Source of the DNA: Octopus sinensis
Taxonomy: Eukaryota
Assembly: GCF_006345805.1 (NCBI RefSeq)
Contig: NC_043017.1
Span: 17,236,001-17,300,000 of the forward strand
DNA: 64,000 nt
Direction: 5' to 3'
Each line of letters opens with the position of its first letter. Positions within the stretch are counted from its first letter, which is position 1. This document shows, piece after piece, positions 13,166 through 25,970 of this stretch. Made by a program: the position numbers and the translations under genes. Under the pieces are notes generated by a model. It worked only from the letters and a program-made list of their open reading frames with translations. It was not told the DNA's origin and did no database searches.

Positions 13166-13275
13166 CTACTACTACTACTACTATGGCAATCCCTCAAGGT
13201 CGAGGATGATGGTCTTCGCGCAAATTTATTGGTGAGTCCGCAGGTGACTGATAAGACCAATTCTTGCTCGAAAAA
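13166..13275 (-). mobile_element. RTE LINE extreme 3' end (zinc-finger-like tail, 3' UTR, (TAG)n)
   Basis: Minus strand translates FRARIGLISHLRTHQ*, then a short UTR and (TAG)n. Confidence 0.85.
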
Positions 13276-13463
13276 GGTAGACCTCAGCGATGAACTCCAA
13301 CACCGTTTGAAGTGTGCAGGAACAGCTTTCGGCAAGCTTCGAACAAGAGTTTTTGCTGATCGGGACATCCGAACCGAAACCAAACTCATGGTGTACAGGG
13401 CAGTCATTATTCCAACCCTCCTTTACGCATCCGAAACCTGGAACCCCGTATAGTCACCACCTG
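13276..13463 (+). mobile_element. RTE LINE RT C-terminal fragment, inverted relative to the adjacent 3' end
   Basis: VDLSDELQHRLKCAGTAFGKLRTRVFADRDIRTETKLMVYRAVIIPTLLYASETW. Confidence 0.9.
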
Positions 13464-13672
13464 AATATATATATATATTATATATATATATATAGTATAT
13501 ATTATATATATACACGATGGGCTTCTTTCACTCACAAGGTTTTGGTCGATTTTGCCTTTCATCCTTCTGAGGTCAATAAAATAAATACCAGTTGCGCACT
13601 GGGACCAATTTTAATCAACCCAAAATTTCAGGCCACATGTACCTATAGTAGAAATTATTATATTTATTGTAA

Positions 13673-13867
13673 GGCGGCGAGCTGGCAGAAACGTTAGCAC
13701 GCAGGGCGAAATACTTAGCGGTATTTCGTCTGCCCTTACGTTCTGAGTTCAAATTCCGCCGAGGTCGACTTTGCCTTTCATCCTTTCGGGGGTCGATAAA
13801 TTAAGTACCAGTTACGCACTGGGGTCGATATAATCGACTTAATCCGTTTGTCTGTCCTTGTTTGTCC
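13673..13867 (+). mobile_element. SINE family A, 3'-truncated, joined to a minus-strand family B head fragment (13868-13935)
   Basis: Family A consensus up to TGTTTGTCC. Confidence 0.88.
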
Positions 13868-13932
13868 GAGGCTATGGTAGTGGGACCGAGTCCGGGTCCA
13901 TGTGATTAGGAAGCAAGCTTCTTACCACACAA

Positions 13933-13968
<36 letters not shown>

Positions 13969-14129
13969 TAAAAAGGAAGCCATACATACTGAGACAAAAA
14001 AGTGGGGAATCCCCATTCATAGTTTAAAAAGTCATGAAAGATGACAAATTTTAATTCAACACAACGAAGGTGGCGGTGAAGGTGTAGGAGTTTATGTGAG
14101 TCACTGTGTCTTTCCACTATGTATTTACC

Positions 14130-14420
14130 ATCTTTATTTTTATCAATGCTCTTATCAACATTGCTACCACCACCACCACCAACACCACCGCTATCACACC
14201 ATCACAATCATCATCACCACAAACATAATCATTATCACCATATTACAATCTTTACTATTATCATCACTATGATGATGATGACAATAATAATAATAATAAT
14301 GATAATAATGAGAAGAAGAATAAGAAGAAGAAGAATAAGAAGAATAAGAAGCGGAAGAAGAAGAAGAATAAGAAGCGGAAGAAGAAGAAGAATAAGAAGC
14401 GGAAGAAGAAGAAGAAGAAG

Positions 14421-14452
<32 letters not shown>

Positions 14453-14468
14453 AAACAAAAACAACAAA

Positions 14469-14507
<39 letters not shown>

Positions 14508-14612
14508 AAACAACAAAAACAACAACAACAAAAACAAAAACAACAAAAACAACAACAACAACAACAACAACAACAAAAACAACAACAACAACAACAACAA
14601 CAAAAACAACAA

Positions 14613-14653
<41 letters not shown>

Positions 14654-14950
14654 TATTGACACCTCCGCCATGAATCACTTTTGTCACCATACCTGTCCTC
14701 GTCATCACCAGTTATCACCACCGCCACCATGACAACTATTACTCAGCATGTTTTATATATTATCATCTCATTAGTGCCATCCCTGTAACGATCACTATCA
14801 TCGTCACCATTATCATATTCATTTCCACCATCAGCATCACCTCCTTTACTAGCATCATCGTGACCTGACTATCATCATCATCATCATCATCATCTATATT
14901 CTTATCATCATTACGCCCACCGATATCATCGCCATCATCATCATCCTCCT
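14130..14950. repeat. Mosaic trinucleotide tract (CAC/CAT/AAT/AAG/AAC)
   Basis: Successive triplet arrays including three copies of AATAAGAAGCGGAAGAAGAAG and ~230 bp of (AAC)n. Confidence 0.95.
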
Positions 14951-15064
14951 CTATGACGGTAGTTCTGAGCCATTTTTCTACCTATGGACCCCTTTTAGTT
15001 CCTATTTTACTCTACTGGATCCCTAAAACCAATTGATGTTTAGAAATATTCCTATATCATTTTT

Positions 15065-15455
15065 CTTTTATCTTTTGATTGTTTCAGTCATTAGACTGCG
15101 GCTATACTGGGGCACTACCATGAAGAATTTTTTTAGCCAAATGAATAGAACCTAGGACTTGTCTTTTTTTTTTTTTTGTTAAGCCTGATACTTATTCTAT
15201 CGGTTCTTTTGCCGAACTGCTAAGTTACGTGTACATAAACACAGCCCAGCACTGGTTGTGGGACATACACACACAGGTCTGCTCGAGCCCTGATTCTCCG
15301 TAAATTTTGCGGATCCCGCCGATATACGTAGTTCTCAATCTTACCATTAAAGGCATGAAACTGAGTATTAACATTTCGGTCGATAACTGATGAAGAATTG
15401 AGGTCCTTCTGTGTCTGTCCAATGTGTACATTGTTTAGTGCTTAATACATTTTTC

Positions 15456-15490
<35 letters not shown>

Positions 15491-15908
15491 CTTTGGATAG
15501 ATTTATAAAATTTAAAAATGCATTACTGCGTGCGTCATCCTTCGCGCTGGTTAAAAGGAATAACCGTCCTTCTGATAAACACCCATTAATGTTATATCGC
15601 CTGAAGAAATTAATTCATGAAGATGATCAACCTGGTGCCGACGGGTACTACGGACTACACTGTAATCATTCCAGGAATATAGACTGTGATCTTAAGAGAG
15701 ATGTGATTTGTGGAACACGTAATGATGCATTAAATGTTTATAGATTCCATCCAAGGATTATTGTTATTACGATATTTATCCTATCGGTACAGCTTGATGC
15801 AACCCCCAAAAATTGGTTCAGCATCATTAGACAGAGGCCACCATAATGGAATAGGAGCTTTATTTGCATATTCAAAACGTTAACAAATTGAATCTCTCTC
15901 TCTCTCTC

Positions 15909-15945
<37 letters not shown>

Positions 15946-16350
15946 AGAGTTTACGAAAAACAAAACAAAAGACGAAGACAGGTGGTGTACAAAACAAACA
16001 GATGTATTAGTATAACACTCAGGAATAGAAAAAGTCTTTTTACGTTTCGAGCCTACGCTCTTCTACAGAAAGGGACACAGAAAAAACAAGGAGAGAAACA
16101 AGGAGAGAAAAAAATGTGTGTAGAGGCTAACGATCTATCATGGCGACTAGTGCCGGACAGAAGGGTCACATAAACCCAAATATATATACGACGGGTCACC
16201 TTCAGCTTTTGTTTACCAAAGCCGCTCACAAGGCTTTGATCGACCAGAAGTTATAGTAGAAGACTCTTGCCTCAGGTACCACGCAGGGGGACTGAGTCCG
16301 GACCTAAGTGGTTAGGAAGCGAGCTTCTTACTACATAACACGCCTGCGCC
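15065..16350 (-). mobile_element. SINE family B split in its internal microsatellite (3' half 15065-15262, 5' half 16188-16350)
   Basis: Both halves are collinear with the intact copy at 34171-34583. Confidence 0.75.
15943..16147 (-). mobile_element. (TA)n-inserted ~200-bp element with variant hammerhead-like motif
   Basis: Minus strand TTT-CTGTAGA-A-GAGC-GTAG-GCTC-GAAA-CG-TA-AAA; homologous to 49159-49340 and 53714-53912. Confidence 0.75.
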
Positions 16351-16937
16351 TAAATATATTTTTAGAATTGAATATTATTAGGAATTGTGTAAAAAAAAAA
16401 TCTTAAAATATTTTGTATCTTGCAGAAGGGAAAGTAATTTATTGAACATAAAGTTTAAGAAGAAAATCTTATATGGACCCCCAAGGAGCTATATGAACCC
16501 TATCGGTTGAGAACTCTTGGTCTATACCATCATTACCACCCAAGTTATAAGCCAACGAAGAAGACACTATATAGTCTCTCAACCTGCCACAAGTAAAAGT
16601 TAATGTTCCAACAAATCATGCGGATATACGGTAATGGAAACAGGAGCGCATGGAGTACAAAGCATAGGGGATGGACATGGATGGAAGTCATTTGATGAGA
16701 AATCATCTCAATCGTCATCGCCATCCTGGGACAAAACAATGCCGCTAAGTATTATGCCTGGCGCGTTAACGATTTTGTGAACACGCCATGGAGATATATA
16801 CACATAGAGACATACACATCTATTCATATCTTTCTCTCTCCATATATATATATATATACATATATAATTCCATGGATAAACGTATCTATACATATTTATA
16901 AACCTATGCGTAAATATATCCATATACGAACATACAT

Positions 16938-16976
<39 letters not shown>

Positions 16977-17062
16977 CATATATGCACATATATACAATAT
17001 ACAAATACATAACGTATTTAAGTATACATGTAATTACGCATACACGAGCACAAACCAACGTC

Positions 17063-17106
<44 letters not shown>

Positions 17107-17964
17107 CGTGTGTGCGAGTGTCTTCAGGGTGTGGGTCGACAGATATGATTGATTATATAGCTAAATCTATTTCATGTCAGATATTGTTAATTTCATAGTT
17201 GGTTTCACTTGGTCAAGCCACATGTTCACCCACAGGTGATTACCATGATTCAACTTTTGTTTAGATAACAAAAAAAAAAGATCCCAAGGTAGGCACCCGA
17301 CTACAATACCCGTCTCTATGGTGTTCCGCAACCCATCAGTTTTGATTTCAGCTTACATCTCATTTTAAAATTACTGTTGGAAATGACGTATAACCAGCAG
17401 AATACAATACAAGCGCAGGGTGTGCGGTGGAGAATATGAATTACCGTTTTGCAGCTACGAATAATGAAAATAAACACACAAAGTGAAGAGAGGAGAAAAG
17501 GATCTTATTTTCTGGATTGTATCCTCAGCAATCCTACCGCAATCCTCAATTACCTCCCATTTTGTAATCAAAGTATTATGGTCAATGACAGGAGACTAAC
17601 AAATCACACAGGTATGAAAGATATGATTTTATCTTTTATCAAAAGATGGGAAAGAAAAATAAAAGATCAAGAAATGGGAACTATACCAAATTTAAGAAGT
17701 CTGTTTACATTGCAGGTTGGGTGTAAAAAGAAAACTGGGAGTGTAAATATATATCTTCCGGTGATGTATCTGCGGAGGATGTAAATATTGACAATAAAAC
17801 CAATAAGGCGGTGATTTCAAACTTCTTTATAATATTTTTTTCTGCCTCAGTTGTACAGACGTACCCATCACCCTCTTTCCATCATAACAGTTGTGAAGTA
17901 ATAATGACTGATTCATTGTAAAGCTGCAACCAATGACGCTAAAAATACTCTAAAAATAATATTG

Positions 17965-18152
17965 GTTTCAAATTTGGCACAAGACCAGCAATTTCGAGGA
18001 TGGGGTATGACGATCACATCGACACCAGTGCTCAAATGGAATTTATTTTATCGACCCCGAAAGGATAAAAGGCAACGTCGACGTTGGCGGAATTTAAACT
18101 CAAAATGTAAAGACGGACGAAATGCCGTTTAAGCATTTTGCCCGGCGTGCTA
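17965..18152 (-). mobile_element. SINE family A, older subfamily
   Basis: Reverse complement of head and core with the GGCCTTGTGCCAAA-type tail. Confidence 0.8.
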
Positions 18153-18244
18153 ATACAAATAAAATAGTAATCCTCTGTTGTCTCCCATTGTGTACTCAAG
18201 GTATCATGGTCAATGACAGCGAACTGACGTGTCACACGAGTATA

Positions 18245-18475
18245 TATTTCTTTACTACCCACTAGGGGCTAAACACAGAGAGGACAAACAAAGACAGGCA
18301 GATGGATTAAGTCGATTACATCGATCTCAGTGCGAAACTGGTACTTATTTAATCGACCCCGAAAGGATGAAAGCCAAAGTCGACCTCGGTGGAATTTGAA
18401 CTCAGAACGTGGCGACAGACGAAATACTGCTAAGCATTTCGCCTGGCGTGCTAACGATTCTGCCAGCTCACCGCC
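18245..18475 (-). mobile_element. SINE family A, full length
   Basis: Reverse complement of family A; 13 nt of its own 5' region (acgattctgccag) are repeated immediately outside the end. Confidence 0.9.
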
Positions 18476-18977
18476 ACGATTCTGCCAGACGTGACCAGAG
18501 AAGGCCTATTGGTGACATACGGGACGACAGCAGACGCAGAGCCTTTAAATGGGCGTTCTCAGTTAGAAATAGCAGCCAATGTCACACCAGCAACATTCTA
18601 TGGAGTTTCAAAAATACAGACATTGTTTAATGCAATTTAGAGTAGATAGCACTTGAATAATTGGGGATAAGCAGGGCTGGAATTAATTCCTTTCAATCAG
18701 AGTTTGTCTGGGTCTAAACAATAACGACGATGATGATGATGATAACGGCGACGGACAAGGCAACCTTGTCGACACTGGGATATGATGCTAAACAGTGAAA
18801 TAAACGGAAGGAAAACAAAGCAAAGGGCATCCCGTCTGCCTGACGATCTATTTGCTCTGATGACGTCACTGAGATGTAAGTTAAACGGAGAAGTCTGAAG
18901 TACTTTACATAACTTACCAATACGTAACATATACATTACTTACATACATACATACATATATACATACATACATACAT

Positions 18978-19017
<40 letters not shown>

Positions 19018-19106
19018 ACATACATACATACATACATACATACATAGCATTCTTCTGTACCATTCACACAATTCATTTGAGGTCGTTTGTTTCAAACATG
19101 ACATAC

Positions 19107-19165
<59 letters not shown>

Positions 19166-20111
19166 CCCACACAACACATAAGGTGATATATTATATATAT
19201 ATGTATTACATTCTTCAGACAGTCGGCAGCATTTGCCACCGACATGGACACACACACATACGCACACGCACGTACTCGCAGTCCTCCCCCACACATACCA
19301 ACCCAACTGTCTCACACACACACAATCGTATATATGTCACACCGGTGTCGGTAATTCCTAACTTCCGAGACTCCTTTTTATTCTTCATATAATATTTCAG
19401 AAGAATGCAAGGATGAGTGGGGAGGTGTAGTGTATGATGGGTAGCCTATTTATTTGCATATTTGCATATTTTACTACTGCAACCTGACATACACACATAC
19501 ATACACACACATATATATATATAAACACAAGCATTTAGATACATTCACAAACGCGCACACACACTATATATATATATAATAGAAATATGTTACAAAAAGA
19601 AAATAGAAACTAAACGTGGTAATGCGAGGGGAAAGAAAGAAAAATCAACGAAAATGCACATTGTAAATATAAAAAGTAAAGGCTTTTTATGAAAAAGTAA
19701 CGAAAGATATATGCAATTAGATGAACTGAGGTAGGAATAAAAGTAATAAAAGTCATTATTGTGAGATTATTAAAGAGATTCTAGCATACCGACGGTTTCG
19801 TAAGTTACTATTCATATATATATATATATATCTATATAATAATAATAATATTAGGGAGTAAATCCAAACTTACAGGGAAAAATTAGAATTAGGATTAAAT
19901 CTAATTTTACAGTATAAGTATAAATTAAATTAGAGATAAAACCACAATTAGGCAAATCAAACAGTGAAAAACATAAACCAAAACATAGAAATAAAATTAA
20001 TTAATATAATATACAAAATATATAAAAAATATAAAATTCAAAATTTAAATTATTTAAATTTAAAGTTAAAAATTTTAAATTATTAATTTATATTTATAAA
20101 TAAATAAATAA

Positions 20112-20148
<37 letters not shown>

Positions 20149-20187
20149 CATACAAGTATATATATTTCGGTTAGGCATTGTGAGAGT

Positions 20188-20636
20188 AATAACCTGGTGT
20201 AGAACCTAATATACGTATTGTATCAGAACAAAGTGTTAGACGAGTATAGAGCGGTAATAAGAAAGAGAGATGACACAAGAGAAACGATGGTTGTTATGAA
20301 CTGGGTCCTCTGAAAATATTACATAATTATCATACAAGACCTGTTGAGTCAACTGAAATCGTAGTCGTGGCCGATGCCAGTGCCGCCTGACTGGCACCCG
20401 TGCCGGTGGCAGGTTAAAAGCATCCACTACACTCTCAGTGTGGTTGGCGTTAGGAAGGGCATTCAGCTGTAGAAACCTTGCCAGATCAGATCGGAGCCTA
20501 GGGCAGCTCTTCGCTTGGCAGTCCTCAGTTAAACTGTCCAACATGAAAAGCAGACGTTAAACGATGATGATGATGAGTTGTATATGGAGTTCATAACATA
20601 ACCATCGTTTTTCCTATGTCACCTGTTTTTCTTTTA
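20188..20636. mobile_element. Foldback element (arms ~20256-20302 and ~20588-20636), same family as 27940-28284
   Basis: Shared lead AATAAYCTGGTGTAGAAC..TCAGAACAAAGTGTTAG..GAGATGACA..TTATGAACT; the inverted arm resumes after the inserted SINE. Confidence 0.7.
20339..20576 (+). mobile_element. SINE family D 3' portion with (GAT)n tail
   Basis: GGTTGGCGTTAGGAAGGGCATTCAGCTGTAGAAA ... GACGTTAAACGATGATGATG; related minus-strand copy at 55771-55880. Confidence 0.7.
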
Positions 20637-20757
20637 TATATGTCAATTTGAGGATATAAACCTCTTATAGGGATAGTTCCATCCAAGTTACACTGGTTTA
20701 ATACATTATACTGTGAAGAGCTACCTCTTCAATAAATACATTATAAATATCAAATAT

Positions 20758-21089
20758 TATTAAGCGAGAAAATGGAGAGATTTAATGGATAAAATTAATT
20801 TATTAGCATTCCCTACAATTGTTTCAATTCACACAAAGGATATTAACGAAGTTATTTGCTGACACGTTGGGGCATTGTAAGTCTGTTAGAATGTCCCAAC
20901 CGGCCAACAAGTAACTTCTTTAATATCCTTTTGTCCTCATGATATTCCACTCAAAATCTTCAAAATGCAAACATATTGTATTATATATGTTTTGTAATTT
21001 GTATTGAGTGTGAATTGAAACAATTGTAGGGAATGTTAATTAAATAAATAAATTTTATCCATTAAATCTCTCCATTTTCTTGTTTAATA
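20758..21089 (+). mobile_element. Nested foldback element with hammerhead-like motif (inverted-pLTR-like)
   Basis: Outer arms 20758-20834 / 21008-21089; inner hairpin 20835-20931; CTCATGA (20936) - long stem II - GAAA-C-AATT-GT-A (21017-21028). Confidence 0.75.
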
Positions 21090-21868
21090 CATATATATAT
21101 ATACACTCGTGTACGTATATCTAATGTTTGCGTATTGGAACGTCTAGAATAAAATAAATGAAACCGATACTCAAAAATATGAGTCAGATTTGGTTTATTT
21201 CCACAAAACTGAGCATTCACTTAAACCCTATTGTTGAGTTACTGCTGAGGTTTTTCCGGAGTTGTGTGCAAGGGAGCATGGCCTAGTGGTAGGGATGTTG
21301 CTCTCCTACACCGGGACGTTGAGCTCTTCAGCAAAAGACTTCATCCTCAGCCAAACACCATCGTTACTTCCACCAAAAAGACAACCATCATCACTGTTAA
21401 GCTCACCACTATTCATATTATCTGTTACTACCTCTACCACCGCCGACACATTCACTGTCTCTGGGGTCTGTATAGCATTACCATCATCATCAATGCTATC
21501 AACAATCAGCGCCCATCACCATCACAATAAAAGCCCTTACCATTAACCCCGACGCCATTATGAAGCATTTTTGTAACCGTCGTCACCAACATCACCACAA
21601 CCACCAACACCTTCGTAACCATCACCATCAATAACACCATCATTACAACCACCACCACCACCTCTACTATCTCCATCACCATACCATCTGCCCCATTACT
21701 ACTACTACCACCACAACCACCCCTACTTCCACCAATAGCAAACGATGCATGGTTTAATCCAACACATCTTACAATGATTAAAACCTGCTGTGAAAATAAC
21801 GTTGAAATATGTTGACACACCAGCACCACCAACACACAAATTACGAATACTACTACTACTACTACTAC

Positions 21869-21932
<64 letters not shown>

Positions 21933-22254
21933 CTGTTGCTTTCAAATAAACACCAGAACATCCGCCATTGTTGTTTGTATAACAGCACCACCTTTAACTA
22001 ATACCTACCAGCATTACTATTACTAATATTATCACTACCATAACCACCACTATTACTGCTAACACTACCACCACAACTAATGCTTAGTGACATTTCGCCC
22101 AACTTTACATTCTGAGTTCAAATTGCACTGAGGTGTCTTTCATCCTTTCGGAGTCGGTAAAACAAGTACCAGTTGAGTACTGAGGTGACTGTAATTGATT
22201 TTCCCCCCACCAAAATTTCAGGCCATGGGCCTTTAGTAGAAATGGTTATTATTA

Positions 22255-22286
<32 letters not shown>

Positions 22287-22655
22287 CCTGTTTACATAAC
22301 TTTAAAACACTGATGTTCTTAGACACACAGACATCCGCCACATCAACTATCACCACTGCAACTACCACCACTACCACTTCAACACCACCGCTGCCCCGTC
22401 CCCAGATGCATCATCACCCTAGTACTATTGCTTTTAAAATACCTTTACCACGACTACTATAACCGCCACCACTATCACCCCACTGCAACAAATTCCACTG
22501 TCTCCACCACCACTAACATCACCATCACCAAAAAACTAACACTACCCTTAACATTACCATCCACCCCCACAAATACCTAAGTCTCCCTCAAATCACGCTT
22601 TGCCACCTCAGAGAAGGACACGTTAGATCATGTGGTTCGGGATTCTTACCATATA

Positions 22656-23090
22656 GGAGCAGGCGTGGCTGTGTGGCAAAAAGTTTGCTTCAGAACCCCA
22701 TGGTTCCGGAACCATGGGGTTCCGGGTTCAGTCCCACAGCGTAACTACTTGGGCAAATGTCTTTTATTACAGCTTCGGGCTGACTAAAGCCTTGTGAGTG
22801 GACTTGGTAGACGGAAACTGTTGTGTGTATGTGTGTGCGTGTGTGTGTATGTGTGTACGTGTTTGTGTGTGCGTGTATGTGTGTGTGCATATGACTTTGT
22901 GTCTCTGTTCGCTACAACCACTCGACAACCGGTGCTGGTATGTTTATGTCCCCGTTACTTAGCAGTTCAGCAAAAGAACTGAATAAGTAGCAGGTTTTAA
23001 AATAACTGAGTACAGGGGTCAATTCATTCGACTAAGAATTCTTCAAAGCGGTGTCCCAGCATGACCGCAAACCGAAACAAGTAAAAGATC
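22656..23090 (+). mobile_element. SINE family B, full length
   Basis: Head GGAGCAGGCGTGGCTGTGTGG, B box GGTTCAGTCCC, TTGGGCAAATGTC, internal (GT)n, tail GAAACAAGTAAAAGA. Confidence 0.88.
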
Positions 23091-23299
23091 AAGGAGATAG
23101 GTAAAAAGACAGGATGGCCATAGTCGGAATGCCTGCAGTCAGTGGAGGTAAACAGCACCAGCCGCAGTATACTTACCATACCATCACCACTGCAACAACC
23201 AACAGACACAATATTTGAAATAGACGAGACGGTTATTGCAAGATTGCTTTTGATGCCAACTCCAATAGCGACTGGCTAGGAGCAAGAACAAGAACAACA

Positions 23300-23748
23300 A
23301 CACGGTGACCACCACTACCAAAACCACGATAATCAGAACTATAAATCCTACCATTTCCACCACCATCATAACCACCTTCATCACAACCAACACCATCACC
23401 ACCACCACCTACATGAATACCGCCACCGTATCTACATACGCAGTAGTCACCACCACCACAACAACACCACCATGATATCCACTACCCCGACCACAAGCAC
23501 TGCCACCACCACTACCTCGACGCCACCTTCACTACCACCACTTTAACCGCCCACAAGCACCGCCACCGTCACCACTACCCCAACGCCACGTTCACCATCA
23601 CCACCAACACCACTATAACCACCCACAAACACCGACACCCCCATCACCACCACCTCCACTATAACCGCCCACAAGCACCAGCACCACCACCACCACCACC
23701 ACCAATATAACTACCTACAAGCACCGCCACCACCACTACCACCACCAA
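23300..23748. repeat. (ACC)n-derived minisatellite
   Basis: Recurring ACCACTATAACCGCCCACAAGCACCGCC units in an ACC background. Confidence 0.85.
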
Positions 23749-24341
23749 TAGATGTTATCTTATACCATCAGTTTCACACATTTACACATATTTGCTATTG
23801 TATAAAGAACGAGATGGGGGAGGGGCGGAGGCGGAGGGGATTTCCTTTTGCATGCCTGACTTTTTAATATTATTTCCTTAGCTTTTGTTGTTTTACTTCA
23901 TCTTTTGTTCTGGTACAATGCTAGTAGCATCACCGACACCCCTCACCTCAACACACTACAGTATTTGTGTGTGTATATATATATATATTATATATAACAT
24001 AGACAGACACAGACACACACGCATGCACACACTCACACACGCACGCATATATATTTGAGAGAGAGAGAGAAATTGATGGCAAGTGTATTTGGTGGAATTA
24101 GATTAACCATTTAAAAATACACATATAATTATATTCACCTTTGTTTATCTTAATCATATAAGACAAACAATCCAATATATAAAAGTCAAAGTAGTTTCTG
24201 AAAATATCTGTGAAATACATCAGCCGGAATCTACAACATGCTAAACAATCTGGGTTTATGTCTATATAGCTTGATATATATATAAACTGAATGAAAAAAT
24301 AAAAAGATTAAAAGGTATATATAACAAAATAAACAATATAT

Positions 24342-24420
24342 TTTATCGGGATACGGTTGTATTTCAGCGAACTGAGTGACTTCGTAAAAGTGCACTGAAA
24401 GTCGTCGTCAGCCAAGAAAA
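24342..24420 (-). ncRNA. Type I hammerhead ribozyme-like motif
   Basis: TTTTCTTGG-CTGACGA-[stem II]-GAAA-TAC-AACC-GTA-TC-CCGATAAAA: stem I 8 of 9 pairs, stem III 4 bp, AUC triplet; base of stem II imperfect. Confidence 0.6.
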
Positions 24421-24482
24421 ATAACATCGTAATTGTTCCTTATTTTATATATACAGTATCTACAATAAAGCCTTATAATAAT

Positions 24483-24705
24483 GGTTTCAAATTTTGGTAC
24501 TAGGCCAGCAGTTTTGAGGAAGGGGTAATAAAACGCTTACATCGACCCCAGTGCTCAATTGGTACTTATTTTATCGACCCCGTAATGATGAAAGGCAAAG
24601 TCGACCTCGGTGGATTTTGAGCTCAGAACACAAAGACTGACGATATGCCGCTTAGCATTTTGCTCGGGTTAGGGTTCTGCTAACGGTTCTGCCAGATCCA
24701 CAGCC
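24483..24705 (-). mobile_element. SINE family A, older subfamily
   Basis: Reverse-complement core ATGAAAGGCAAAGTCGACCTCGG. Confidence 0.8.
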
Positions 24706-25181
24706 TTAAAACATTGTAATATTGCAAGTGTATGAATCTTCGAATTCATATTTCCCTGCAATTATTAGTAGAATTAAGACTCTGTTGATTTTCTAGCTCT
24801 AATTGGAGTAATTAATAGAAATAATAGATTTTCCCAAACTGTAAACCAAGAAGGCATCTTTAAACAACAATACAAGAGTGTGCAAAATATTTAGTTATAA
24901 AATCCATCTGGTTAGATTTACAGAGCTATATTATAACTGGGTCGATTCTGATTTTCCTGTCTTTGCCATGCATTTCTTCTCCGAAATCAACTGATAGACG
25001 TAAACCCTATGACTGACATAAACACCTACCTATGTGGAACACCTGTATATCTGTCTGTTAATAAATAAATTTTTTAAAACTATCTGTAGATGGAGAGAGA
25101 CAGAGAGAGAGAGTAAGCAGGCAGGCAGCCAGCTAGATAGAGAGTCAGAAAGGGGGGGGGGAGAGAGAGAGAGAGAGAGGC

Positions 25182-25232
<51 letters not shown>

Positions 25233-25811
25233 CAGACAGTCAGACAGAAGACAGACAGACAGATAGACAGACAGACAGACAGACAGCCACATAGATAGAG
25301 ATAGATAGATAGATAGATAGATAGAGATAGATAGATAGATAGATAGATAGAAAGAAAGAGAGACAGACATACAGACAGTTTTATTAGATGAATAATACCA
25401 AAGAAAGCAATATAAATAAATTATATTTATATTGTCTTTCTTCTTTGGTTTCATTCATCAGTTGATGAGAGACGGGAGTTGGAAGAAGAAAATTGCAGAG
25501 ACTTGAAAACGTGAGATGCAGGAAGCACTTAACGACGGTCGGTAAGAAGTAAGTGGGGGTACAGAGGAGAGGGTGGGGATGCGGCGGCTGGCAATTTGTA
25601 TGAAGAAACACTGAAAGAACACCAGAAGCTATAGAAACAGGAATGGGGGTCATGTTGAGGTATAACGGAAAAGTGAATGTGAAGTAGGATGGGGTACGGA
25701 AATGCATTGTAGTAGGTGGCGTATAAAGAAATATACCTAGTCGTATACAGAGCTATATTGTTAGATATATAAACTGATAGGGACTGAGAAAATAGATTAT
25801 ATGCGCATGCG

Positions 25812-25864
<53 letters not shown>

Positions 25865-25927
25865 GGAAAAAGTAAGCGTAGCACATTATAAGCGTAATTA
25901 TGTTAGCAAAGGTAGTAAAATAGAAAT

Positions 25928-25970
25928 GACTTTAACGTTTCGAACGTTAAGTCCTTCATCAGAAAAGGAA
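25928..25970 (-). ncRNA. Minimal hammerhead-like motif
   Basis: TTTT-CTGATGA-A-GGAC-TTAAC-GTTC-GAAA-CG-TT-AAAG within a microsatellite-flanked ~200-bp insert (25863-26065). Confidence 0.55.

Larger units (their letters stand above)
14957..16519. mobile_element. hAT/Charlie-like MITE split by nested insertions
   Basis: Left part 14957-15060 (CGGTAGTTCTGAGC..TATGGACCCC) and right part 16351-16519 (..GTTGAGAACTCTTG); flanks ctctatga / gtctatac. Confidence 0.65.

Noticed and set aside
14119-14730. Long poly-N/R/L/V/C ORFs on both strands
   Set aside because: Trinucleotide repeat mosaic open in multiple frames
19446-19468. Tandem octamer ATTTGCAT motifs (also ~15862 and ~45563)
   Set aside because: Expected by chance in AT-rich DNA; no snRNA gene or other context nearby
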